Assembly: GCA_050253415.1 (NCBI GenBank)
Contig: JBFWJC010000001.1
Span: 320,001-384,000, forward strand
Direction: 5' to 3'
DNA: 64,000 nucleotides
Source of the DNA: Pedobacter sp.
Lineage (GTDB): Bacteria > Desulfobacterota > Desulfuromonadia > Desulfuromonadales > Syntrophotaleaceae
Part shown: positions 19,701 through 27,861 of the stretch, in pieces
How the letters are laid out: every line of letters starts with the position of its first letter
How positions within the stretch are numbered: the first letter of the stretch is position 1
Made by a program: the position numbers and the translations under genes
Notes under the pieces: generated by a model
What the model was told of the DNA's origin: nothing
What the model saw: the letters and a program-made list of their open reading frames with translations, nothing else
Databases searched by the model: none

Positions 19701-20750
19701 TCAGACGACCTTACGCAGGAATCGCTCCTGATCGAAGGGCGCTTGATTTTTAAGCATGAAATAGACCGCGCGGCCCAGGCGATGCGCGAGGATCGCCAGC
19801 GCTTTGCCCTTGCCGTAGCGACTGGCCAGTTTTTGCAACACGGCTTGCGCCGGTTTGTTGCCTTTGAGCATCATCACCACCGCCTCACCGAAGGCCCAGC
19901 GCAGGTGTGCATTGCCGATCTTCTTGCCGCTGTGTCCATAGGATTTACCGTTCGATTCCTTGGCCGGTTTGACCAACCGGCAGTAAGAGACAAAGTCCTG
20001 CACACGGGGGAACCGCGCGATATTTTCGATTTCATAGAGCATCACCAGCAAGAGGATGCGGCCGACACCGTGAATGCTTTTGAGTAGTGCCAGATTGATA
20101 GGGTCATGGCCGACTGCGATTTTCTCCAGATGCCGCTCCAGGATGCCAAGTAGATCCTCGTAGTGCTCGATGGTCGAAAGATCGACCTCGACCATGGCGC
20201 GGACAATCGGATCCTGGAACTTGGCAGGCAGATCTCCACGCTCACTCGGCTTGGCAATCCGGCCCAAAGGCTCTGGCAGATTGTACTGAGTGGCGGTATT
20301 TTGGATATGGGCATAGAGTTCGGCCCGCTTGCGCGCCAGATGATTGCGGCGTCGCAACAGGTCACGGGTGGCGCGCATCTTTTTCGGGTAGGTGTAGGCC
20401 ACCGGGAAAGATCCGCCGCGAAGCAATACGGCAATTTTGTGGGAGTCGATCTTGTCATTTTTGGCCTTGCCGCCATGGATGGCGCGCATGTAAAGCGCAT
20501 GCCCGAGGACGAAATCGATCTCCTCGTTGGCACAGAGATCGGCCAGCCAATACCAGGTGAACATGCACTCGCAACCGACAACAAGGTCTTCGCGGTAGGG
20601 TTTAATCAGGCGTAAAAAGGCCTTTGGCCGCGTCGGGATGTTCTTGTGCAGGACCACCTCGCCAACTGAATCGAGGACACATACGAACATGGCACTGGCG
20701 TGTAGATCGATGCCGCAATAGAATCGGTGCTGTTTGGTGTAAAATTTCAT
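19701..20750 (-). CDS. IS110-family DEDD transposase/recombinase
   Basis: Motifs YCGIDLH, GCEC, KNDKID. C-terminal SIHGVG, ESNGK, GNAHLRWA. Confidence 0.95.
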   Translation of the reverse strand: MKFYTKQHRFYCGIDLHASAMFVCVLDSVGEVVLHKNIPTRPKAFLRLIKPYREDLVVGCECMFTWYWLADLCANEEIDFVLGHALYMRAIHGGKAKNDKIDSHKIAVLLRGGSFPVAYTYPKKMRATRDLLRRRNHLARKRAELYAHIQNTATQYNLPEPLGRIAKPSERGDLPAKFQDPIVRAMVEVDLSTIEHYEDLLGILERHLEKIAVGHDPINLALLKSIHGVGRILLLVMLYEIENIARFPRVQDFVSYCRLVKPAKESNGKSYGHSGKKIGNAHLRWAFGEAVVMMLKGNKPAQAVLQKLASRYGKGKALAILAHRLGRAVYFMLKNQAPFDQERFLRKVV

Positions 20751-20950
20751 GGTGCAGGTTCCTTTCTTTGAGAGGGTTTCGGGTTCTCAAAGGATACCGG
20801 ATGGTCCGGTATCTGGAGGGGGCCTGCACTAGTATCAAAACTTTCAAGCGGACAGGCGACACAGTGGCACTTTCCGAATAATGTCTACCAGTTTGTTTTG
20901 CGGTGGACTGCCGCTTAAAGCAATTCGTTAAGTGGCAAGAAAGATAATTA

Positions 20951-21886
20951 ATGGCATACGAATTAAATAAACGCTTAGTTGTTGGACTCGCCTCAAGCGC
21001 CCTATTTAATCTTGAGGAGTCTGATGAAATATATCGGACAAAAGGTGCCACTGCTTACCGAGAGTTCCAGCGCGAACATCAAAACAAACCATTAGAGGAA
21101 GGCGTTGCCTTCCCATTCATCAGGCGGCTCCTTTCACTCAATGAGTTGTCCCCAAGTGACCACCCTGTTGAAGTAATTTTGCTTTCTAGGAATAGTCCCG
21201 ATACTGGCATGAGAGTGATGAACTCGCTTGAATATTATGGCTTAGGGATCACAAGATCAATCTTTCTCGAGGGAAAGCCACCGTATGTGTACATTCCTTG
21301 CCTAGATATAAATTTATTTCTGTCAGCAAATGAGGCAGATGTAAAGCAGGCTAACTTAGCTAGTTATCCAGCTGGGCAAGTCCTAACCTCAAAGCACTTC
21401 GATGATCCAAACGATCATGAATTAAGAATAGCTTTCGACTTTGATGGTGTTCTCGCTGACGATGAATCTGAGACTATTTACCAAACGACGGGCGATTTAG
21501 ATGCATTTAGGGAACATGAGAGAAAACTAGCAGAAACCCCGCACAATCCAGGGCCACTTAAGGATTTTCTTGAAAAGATCGCTTACATACAAAAGCTTGA
21601 GGAAACACGGGCAAGTGAAGATAGTTCCTATAAAACTAAGATAAGAATATCAATTGTAACAGCAAGAGACGCACCATCACACAAAAGAGTAATTAACACT
21701 ATGAGAGCATGGGGGATTAACGTAAATGAGGCGTTTTTTCTTGGTGGCATCGAAAAAAGAAAAGTTCTAGAGGTGCACAATCCCCACATATTCTTCGATG
21801 ATCAAAAGCTTCACCTAGAGTCAGCGTCAGAGGTATTACCATCCGTCCATATTCCTTTTGGAATAACAAACAACAAAGTCACTTAA
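20951..21886 (+). CDS. Cassette 7: 5'-nucleotidase (cN-I type HAD)
   Basis: Motifs LVVGLASSALF, LSRNSPDTG, LRIAFDFDGVLADDESE, VTAR, PHIFFDDQ. Confidence 0.9.
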   Translation: MAYELNKRLVVGLASSALFNLEESDEIYRTKGATAYREFQREHQNKPLEEGVAFPFIRRLLSLNELSPSDHPVEVILLSRNSPDTGMRVMNSLEYYGLGITRSIFLEGKPPYVYIPCLDINLFLSANEADVKQANLASYPAGQVLTSKHFDDPNDHELRIAFDFDGVLADDESETIYQTTGDLDAFREHERKLAETPHNPGPLKDFLEKIAYIQKLEETRASEDSSYKTKIRISIVTARDAPSHKRVINTMRAWGINVNEAFFLGGIEKRKVLEVHNPHIFFDDQKLHLESASEVLPSVHIPFGITNNKVT

Positions 21887-21999
21887 CAATAAAATCAGCC
21901 GGACGGAAAATACGTCTGCGCTAAATTGAAAAGCAAAACCTAAAATTGCGGTGGTGGCCGAACCTTAGGGTCGCCGCCGGTTATCATGAACCGTTCGGC
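21881..21999 (+). other. attC site 7
   Basis: ACTTAAC (complement of the preceding GTTAAGT)...ATCAGCCGGAC...GCCGGTTAT...GTTCGGC. Confidence 0.88.
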
Positions 22000-22014
22000 T
22001 TAAAGGAATTCTAG

Positions 22015-22575
22015 ATGTCTTCCATCGTTGATAAATACAAGCATGTTTGGGGTGCCAAACCTCGGATCCTGCTAAGTGAATATACGTATCAACCTGAACT
22101 AACCCGCAAGCTTGACATGCTGCAACCAAGTGATCTCAATAGCGAGATCTTTTACGAGATCATCCTTTGGAAGCTAAACCGTTTTCCGAAGCTTGAATCG
22201 GATCTGATTGGCTCGCTGAAGGAAATAGCTGGCCTTAAGCCGAAAGAGCATAGGAAGGCAATGTCGCAGCTTCGAGCACTTCTCCGATGTCCGGGTATTG
22301 CGCTTCCGATGGCCTCTACTGTCTTGCGATTTCTGAATCCAGACGTATTCCAGATCATCGACGATCGTGTGTACCGCATCGTGCTTTCCGGAAAGGCCAA
22401 ATACCCGACCAAGCCTACGAGGGTTACCGAGAACTACTTGGCTACAAGCGCGATGATTTACTTCGATTACTTGGATGCTTTGCACGAACAATGCTGTGCG
22501 GAGCTTCCGTTCTCGGAAGCTGATCGAATCTTATACCAACTTGATAAAAAGCTGGGCAATAAGATTGGCGATTAA
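22015..22575 (+). CDS. Cassette 8: hypothetical protein with a helix-hairpin-helix-like motif
   Basis: LLRCPGIALPMASTVLRFLNPDVFQIIDDRV. Confidence 0.7.
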   Translation: MSSIVDKYKHVWGAKPRILLSEYTYQPELTRKLDMLQPSDLNSEIFYEIILWKLNRFPKLESDLIGSLKEIAGLKPKEHRKAMSQLRALLRCPGIALPMASTVLRFLNPDVFQIIDDRVYRIVLSGKAKYPTKPTRVTENYLATSAMIYFDYLDALHEQCCAELPFSEADRILYQLDKKLGNKIGD

Positions 22576-22653
22576 GCCTAACCATCCCATTGAGTGGGCG
22601 TCTTACAGCAAGCTTCGCTTGCTTCCAGTCGTCGCTCATGTCAGTCGTCAAAC
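22576..22653 (+). other. attC site 8 (right end degenerate, GTC in place of GTT)
   Basis: GCCTAAC...ATTGAGTGGGC...GTCGCTCAT...GTCAAAC. Confidence 0.7.
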
Positions 22654-22667
22654 AATCCGGAGAAACA

Positions 22668-23765
22668 ATGGCATCAGGTGTGGTTGCTGACAATTGGTCG
22701 TTACAGGATATTGCTACCCTTTTTACTGAAGGGCTTGAGCGTGATATCGCTGGTGAAATTGTACTTAAAGATGATCAACATTTTTACAGCCCGATTTCAA
22801 GAGCCATCGTTCAGACAGAGGCACTATTTGATTTTATTACGGATCTCATACTACGCGATGAGATCCTGGTTGAGGATAAATTTACATATTCATGGGAAAG
22901 GGTTAACAGTCCAATACTTGAGGCAAAGCATGTTGGTGTTGTGCGAGCATATCCGTTCTTATCTGAACCTGAAAAAATTGCAGGGCCGCGTGACCGGATC
23001 GTAGATCATATTTGTTCAACGGAATCGTTGCGATTAGCTCATCAAAAAAATGTTGATGGTTGGAATGCTAGCAGACAAACGCCAGACCCTCTTTTATCTG
23101 CAACCTTGTGGGGAGGGGCAGGCATGTGTGCCAGAAGCTTTGTCTATGAAAAAAGCTATACCCCGCACCCTCTGAGAAAAAGACTATTTGTAAATTCAGG
23201 GTTTATGTTGCCTGCAGCTGATGCCCTTCATCAGTTGACTACTTTTTTGAATGACAAGAAAGTTAACGTTACCAAAAAAATATATGGTAATGATGCTCTG
23301 TTTTCGGCGTACGTTAATATTCCAGCGTTACCTGTAAGGGTAATTCAAGAATCGAGCTCAGCCAGCCAAATGATTTCAACCGCACTACAAATGAGAGATG
23401 ATTTTCAATCAATGCGTGATTGGTTGAAAATGTTCCAAAATGCGATGAGCGATGATGATACTACTAGTCTGTTGAAGTACAGGAAGCAGCTGGACTCTGT
23501 AAGTCAATACATAGACAAAAAAATTGGATATGGGGCTACATCCGGGCCTGTGACAATGGAAGCAGGAATGGGTATTTTTAAGATCGCCACACAAGGCAAT
23601 CCACTGGAAAATATAAAAAATCAATTTGGTATAAGAGCAACACTTAACAAATTGATTTTCGGAAGCGCTGGGCGCGCAGAAATAAAGAAATATATCCGCA
23701 TGTTTGGTGAGAAAGGGTCAGAAATTGGCTATGAAATTGAACACTCCTTTACACAAAATGCTTAA
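22668..23765 (+). CDS. Cassette 9: hypothetical protein (365 aa)
   Basis: GGAG precedes ATG 22668. The stop lies within GCTTAAC. Confidence 0.8.
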   Translation: MASGVVADNWSLQDIATLFTEGLERDIAGEIVLKDDQHFYSPISRAIVQTEALFDFITDLILRDEILVEDKFTYSWERVNSPILEAKHVGVVRAYPFLSEPEKIAGPRDRIVDHICSTESLRLAHQKNVDGWNASRQTPDPLLSATLWGGAGMCARSFVYEKSYTPHPLRKRLFVNSGFMLPAADALHQLTTFLNDKKVNVTKKIYGNDALFSAYVNIPALPVRVIQESSSASQMISTALQMRDDFQSMRDWLKMFQNAMSDDDTTSLLKYRKQLDSVSQYIDKKIGYGATSGPVTMEAGMGIFKIATQGNPLENIKNQFGIRATLNKLIFGSAGRAEIKKYIRMFGEKGSEIGYEIEHSFTQNA

Positions 23766-23808
23766 CAATGCATTGCAGCGGACAAGCAGCTGAATGAGGA
23801 CGTTATGT
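23760..23808 (+). other. attC site 9 (very short, 49 bp)
   Basis: GCTTAAC-AATGC-ATTGCAGCGGACAAGCAGCTGAAT-GAGGAC-GTTATGT. Confidence 0.7.
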
Positions 23809-24000
23809 AGAAAATAGGGACACTCCCCTATTTTAGAAGAGCTTCTGATCAATCTTGAAAGGAAAAAGGGTTCAAGTCTTAGAATAAAAGAGGGACACTC
23901 CCCTTATTTCTTAGGGGAGTTGATAAATAGGCATAACAAGGCAAATTAACTCTGTTCGCAAATTCCGCTGCGCTCCCTTCGCGCCCGGTTATTTGCAAAG
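23802..24000 (+). other. Cassette 10: ORF-less cassette carrying two GGGACACTCCCC hairpins
   Basis: GTTATGT...GCATAAC boundaries about 130 bp apart, with no recognisable gene between them. Confidence 0.7.
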
Positions 24001-24006
24001 TTAGAC
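23931..24006 (+). other. attC site 10
   Basis: GCATAAC...AAATTAAC...GTTATTT...GTTAGAC. Confidence 0.78.
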
Positions 24007-24028
24007 ATCCGAAATAAAGAGAGGTGCA

Positions 24029-24433
24029 ATGAGGCTTATTCGCGAATCGAGTGGAGCATTTACTGGAGGGGCGCTAGGTGCACTTCTTGATAGTTTCAAT
24101 ATCTGGTTTATGGGCGTAGTTGGCCTTTCTGATTTGATCGGCATAACCATGAAACCAGAGTTCACCGCACAGTGGGCCTACAAGCGCATGATTTGGGGTG
24201 GGATCTGGATGCTTTTGCTCCTTATCCCAATTTGGCGTAGTAGGACAATACTGAGAGGCATGGTGTTCAGTCTTGCGCCCTCAGCGATGATGCTCTTTGT
24301 TGTGCTCCCCTCTATGGGCAAGGGCATGTTGGGGCTGGGCTTTGGTACTCTCATGCCGGTAGTAGTAATCGGCCTCAATTTCATATATGGAATATTTGCG
24401 TCATTTTGGTTTATGAAAACCGCTGCAGATTAA
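24029..24433 (+). CDS. Cassette 11: membrane protein (about four TM segments)
   Basis: GAGGT RBS and hydrophobic segments. Followed by a half attC (GCTTAAC...CAAGCGGAC, from 24449). Confidence 0.8.
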   Translation: MRLIRESSGAFTGGALGALLDSFNIWFMGVVGLSDLIGITMKPEFTAQWAYKRMIWGGIWMLLLLIPIWRSRTILRGMVFSLAPSAMMLFVVLPSMGKGMLGLGFGTLMPVVVIGLNFIYGIFASFWFMKTAAD

Positions 24434-24646
24434 TCAGGTATGAAAAATGCTTAACAAGCAAAACAAGCGGACGGAATGGGGCTGAAAGGAGAAAAGAGGG
24501 ACACTCCCCACATTTTGGAGAGCGTCTGAGGGATCATGGGCAAATGATGGGGGCAGGCTTCCACGTTTGCAATTTACACCGTCTTAAAGAGGCGCCTCCG
24601 ATAGCCCTAAATGAACCCAGAATATATTCTTTTAGAAGGAATTTGG

Positions 24647-24751
24647 ATGAAACAACTGACAGTATTAATATTTATTTTGATCACTACAATTTTTCTTTCA
24701 GGGTGTGGTATCCCAGATCTGCCTGGTCCTATCGGGATTCCAGGGCTTTAG
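24647..24751 (+). CDS. 34-aa micro-lipoprotein (not in the ORF track)
   Basis: MKQLTVLIFILITTIFLSGCGIPDLPGPIGIPGL with lipobox LSGC and AAGGA upstream. Confidence 0.7.
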   Translation: MKQLTVLIFILITTIFLSGCGIPDLPGPIGIPGL

Positions 24752-24811
24752 TAGGGAGAGCAAAGGGGGACACTTCCAGTCTTCATTGATTTTTACACTT
24801 TCTAAAACATC

Positions 24812-24847
24812 AAAAGGCCCGCCTGTAATCCCAGGTCGGGCCTTTTC
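24812..24847. terminator. Bidirectional intrinsic terminator
   Basis: AAAGGCCCG-CCTG...CAGG-T-CGGGCCTTTT between two convergent small ORFs. Confidence 0.7.
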
Positions 24848-24875
24848 TATTTCTGTCTCGTGTGGAGGACTTGAG

Positions 24876-25067
24876 TCAGGAAGTTAAATCCTGTTTTCGC
24901 CGCAAAACAGCTATTCGTTGCTCAGCTTCTGCGTGGCTCAAGACCACAGAATGGGGCTCAAGGGTGTGCCTGTCGTCAAGATACATCATAACTTCCACCA
25001 CATGGGTGCCGTGATTATAAAAAGACAAAATCTCGCCAGGGTCGACGAACTCAAAAATCTTTTCCAT
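24876..25067 (-). CDS. Small hypothetical protein (63 aa)
   Basis: AAAGGA precedes ATG 25067. Sequence begins MEKIFEFVDPGEILSFYNHG. Confidence 0.6.
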   Translation of the reverse strand: MEKIFEFVDPGEILSFYNHGTHVVEVMMYLDDRHTLEPHSVVLSHAEAEQRIAVLRRKQDLTS

Positions 25068-25365
25068 AAGCTTTTCCTTTATGGGGTCGATCGCCTGCGG
25101 CGGATCTGTTAGCATCGATTTCTGCGGATAATAGCATATTTGTTGCCCGTCTTGTCCTTCTTTGTGGTCCCGGAACAGAGGGTTCCCTTTCACGTGTTGT
25201 TGGTCTGGCGAATCAGGTCTATACTCAGTAGTTGAATCGCAAGTTAAAAAAACGACCCAAAAGAAAACTGGAGCGTATCCCCGGTTTTTCCAATTGTGCA
25301 CACAGTGGATCGCCTGCGGTTACTGAGCTCAGGCGTTAGGCAGCAAATATGAATGGGAAGTAAAC

Positions 25366-25650
25366 ATGAAGAGACTTATAGTTTTATTGATAATTTTGTT
25401 GTTTGCCCAATATGCCATTGCAGCACTGCCACCACGATATCAAAACATCAAAGATTTGGATGTCATGGTGGAATATATCAAGGAACATCCCGAGATTGCA
25501 GCTACTTTGAAGGCTATTGATTTTTCGGAGCACACTATTTTTTATGGCAACGGCTGTAAGGCGGTTTTTGATAGGAAGTCAACGGTTAAACCTTCAGGAT
25601 GGGTGGGGCCCGCAGCTCCCTTGGAGTTCAAAAGGTCAACCTGTCCGTAA
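25366..25650 (+). CDS. Cassette-derived secreted hypothetical protein
   Basis: Signal peptide. Flanked by GTTAGGC (25335) and ACCTAAC...ATGCACGCGGAC (25683, half attC). Confidence 0.8.
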   Translation: MKRLIVLLIILLFAQYAIAALPPRYQNIKDLDVMVEYIKEHPEIAATLKAIDFSEHTIFYGNGCKAVFDRKSTVKPSGWVGPAAPLEFKRSTCP

Positions 25651-25780
25651 AATGAATGTCAAAAATCCCATTGTAATGTCATACCTAACAAGACCAATGC
25701 ACGCGGACCGGACCTTTCCTCCAAACGTCACCTCGTCAACGCTTATCGAGAACAATGTGTTTATTTCGAAAGGATAACTC

Positions 25781-26389
25781 ATGGAAACGATAGAAGCGAT
25801 CCGTTCACGTCGATCTGTAAAACATTTTGAGGCAAGCCACGTTATGACCGCCGAAGAAGCTAACGAGATTTTGTCATTAGCTATTCTTTCGCCTACCGCC
25901 TTCAATATTCAGAACTGGCGTTTTGTTGTTGTCGATGATGCTGACCTGAGGAGGAAGATAAGGGAGGTGTCCTGGGGGCAATCACAAGTGACGGAGACTT
26001 CTTTGTTTATCGTACTTTGCGCAGATCTGAAGGCCTGGGAAAAAGAACCCGGGCGATATTGGGTAAATGCGCCAAAGGAAGTTCAGGAGTTTGTGATTCC
26101 GGCTATCGATAATTATTATCGGGGCAAGGAGCGGGTGCAGAGAGACGAAGCTATGCGCTCCTGTGGCATTGTTGCGCAAACGATCATGCTTGCGGCGAAG
26201 TCATTGGGGTATGACTCCTGTCCTATGGATGGTTTTGATTTCGAGAAGGTTGCACAGCTTATTCGTCTTCCGGATGACCATGTCATTGCTATGTTTGTAG
26301 CCATCGGAAAGGGCACGAAAGAGGTCTGGCCACGGCCCGGGCAACTTAGCCTTAATGATGTGGTCGTCAAAAATGTGTTTGGGGAATGA
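25781..26389 (+). CDS. Nitroreductase family protein
   Basis: Motifs AIRSRRSVKHF, SPTAFNIQNWRF, GYDSCPMDGF. Confidence 0.93.
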   Translation: METIEAIRSRRSVKHFEASHVMTAEEANEILSLAILSPTAFNIQNWRFVVVDDADLRRKIREVSWGQSQVTETSLFIVLCADLKAWEKEPGRYWVNAPKEVQEFVIPAIDNYYRGKERVQRDEAMRSCGIVAQTIMLAAKSLGYDSCPMDGFDFEKVAQLIRLPDDHVIAMFVAIGKGTKEVWPRPGQLSLNDVVVKNVFGE

Positions 26390-26449
26390 CATATCAAATT
26401 AATTCACCGGACTGGTCCCCCCAAAAAAATAAAATCAAAAAGGAATAGA

Positions 26450-26860
26450 GTGTCCCAGCATCTTGTTGTCATTGCACAGTTTCGAGATCTTCCATCTGCC
26501 GGTCTTGCTCAAGCCACACTTGAGGCGTCTGGAATCAGGTGCTTTCTCGACAATCAATATACGATTGGGATCAATTGGCTTTATTCCAACGCTTTGGGTG
26601 GCGTCAAGTTGCGGGTGATGGAAGCCGATGCCGAAAAAGCAAGAGACATCCTGCAAAATCAAATGGATAGCAGTCATGTGGTTGATGATCCTGCAGACGA
26701 AAGACTTCCCGATTCTATCTGCCCAAAATGCGGCTCAACGGAAATAAAGGGCATTGATTACAAAAGACGGTTTTCGGCTTTGAGTTTACTTGTTGGTTTT
26801 CCATTGCTGATTTTTGGAAAGCGGTGCCGTTGCAAAATATGCGGCCACAGATGGAAATAG
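26450..26860 (+). CDS. DUF2007-like protein with zinc ribbon and TM segment
   Basis: Motifs LEASGIRCFL, NALGGVKLRV, CPKC, CKICGHRW. Confidence 0.75.
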   Translation: MSQHLVVIAQFRDLPSAGLAQATLEASGIRCFLDNQYTIGINWLYSNALGGVKLRVMEADAEKARDILQNQMDSSHVVDDPADERLPDSICPKCGSTEIKGIDYKRRFSALSLLVGFPLLIFGKRCRCKICGHRWK

Positions 26861-27140
26861 TTCACAGCTGTCAGATTCCCGCATAACTCCTGACCCCTAT
26901 TTTAAATGGGAATCGGGACGGCGATTGTGGGTTTGGGGTGGCGGGAGCGCAGGTCAACCCATCAGCTCCAGGGGCAGCTAAGATCATTTGGTCCAGGCGC
27001 GCGTAGTTGCGCGAAGCCGAATCAGGAGAAGATAAACGTCGTGGATCTAACCAGTGAATGGCCTTGAATTGCGTCTGCAGATAGGAAGGCTCTTTCGGGG
27101 AGCAAAGGAAGCCATAGAGGCTCAGGTTTCCAAAATTTGA

Positions 27141-27176
27141 AAAGGCCCTCCCCCGGATGGGAGGGTGGGCCTTTTC
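27141..27176. terminator. Intrinsic terminator (bidirectional)
   Basis: AAAGGCCC...GGGCCTTTT hairpin downstream of the minus-strand zinc-finger gene. Confidence 0.6.
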
Positions 27177-27221
27177 TGTATATGGTCGAAGTGTGTCGTC
27201 CGACGTTTTCCGAAAAAATTT

Positions 27222-27470
27222 TTACGACGTTTTTTCTCTCCAGTCGATATTTTTTCTGGATTTGAGGCATCGGCATTTGTTGCAGAAAAAGCCGGTGCCG
27301 CATTTGACGTGCACCTCGAGCTGTTCCCCGCACTCGGGACAGTGGGGTTCCATGTCGAGTTCGTCATACATGGGGTAGTCGTTGCAGATTTCACATAGAA
27401 ATTTGCGCCCCTCAGGGGTTAACTCCGGGATCGTTTCGCGACCGCATATCTTACATATTCTTCGAAGCAT
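27222..27470 (-). CDS. Small Cys-rich zinc-finger protein
   Basis: Four CxxC pairs (CKIC, CEIC, CPEC, CNKC). GGAAAGG lies upstream. Confidence 0.7.
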   Translation of the reverse strand: MLRRICKICGRETIPELTPEGRKFLCEICNDYPMYDELDMEPHCPECGEQLEVHVKCGTGFFCNKCRCLKSRKNIDWREKTS

Positions 27471-27701
27471 ACACACCTTTCCTGTATGGTTTTCAATTCA
27501 ATTTCCCTGCCTCTAACGGCGAATTTTCGCGAGGCCGGGGCAAAAGACGGCCTTATTGTATAACAAAAGCGGCAAGATAAGGAAACGGTTTCCCCTTGGG
27601 CAAGTTCAAAAGGCCCTGCATTCATGAACCTCTCTCCTTTTTGAAATTAGGCTAGGCAAACAAATACTTGCACGTAGGTATAGAGGTGCCTAATATGAAG
27701 T

Positions 27702-27790
27702 ATGGCCAGAATCGTAAAGGGCGTAATCCCGGGTTACCGCATCACGTTACCCAAAGAGGATCCCGACGATCACGAACCTTCTTATCCGGT
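27702..27790 (+). pseudogene. N-terminal remnant of a REP-associated tyrosine transposase (RAYT, Y1 HUH family)
   Basis: MARIVKGV, then a frameshift, then PGLPHHVTQRGSRRSRTFL. This matches the typical RAYT N-terminus and ends before the HUH motif. Confidence 0.7.
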
Positions 27791-27861
27791 AGATGTTTCT
27801 GGCATACCGTCGATCCATTTCCTGATGTTTGATTCATCCACCATCTTCACCAGGAGGTCCT

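Larger units (their letters stand above)
19180..20837 (-). mobile_element. IS110-family element of the IS1111 type, inserted in an attC site
   Basis: Sub-terminal inverted repeats CAGGCCCCC (19185-19193) and GGGGGCCTG (20818-20826). CA core at both junctions, no longer target duplication. Long non-coding region downstream of the transposase. Confidence 0.9.
19172..20933 (+). other. attC site 6, split by an IS insertion (19172-19179 plus 20838-20933)
   Basis: Removing the IS restores GCCTAACA|AAACTTTCAAGCGGAC...GCCGCTTAAAG...GTTAAGT. Confidence 0.88.
15882..25705 (+). mobile_element. Integron gene-cassette array with no integrase in the window (CALIN-like)
   Basis: Ten attC sites (most complete, two degenerate, one split by an IS) separating mostly single + strand ORFs, followed by half-sites. 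DNA is AT-richer than the flanks. Confidence 0.93.
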
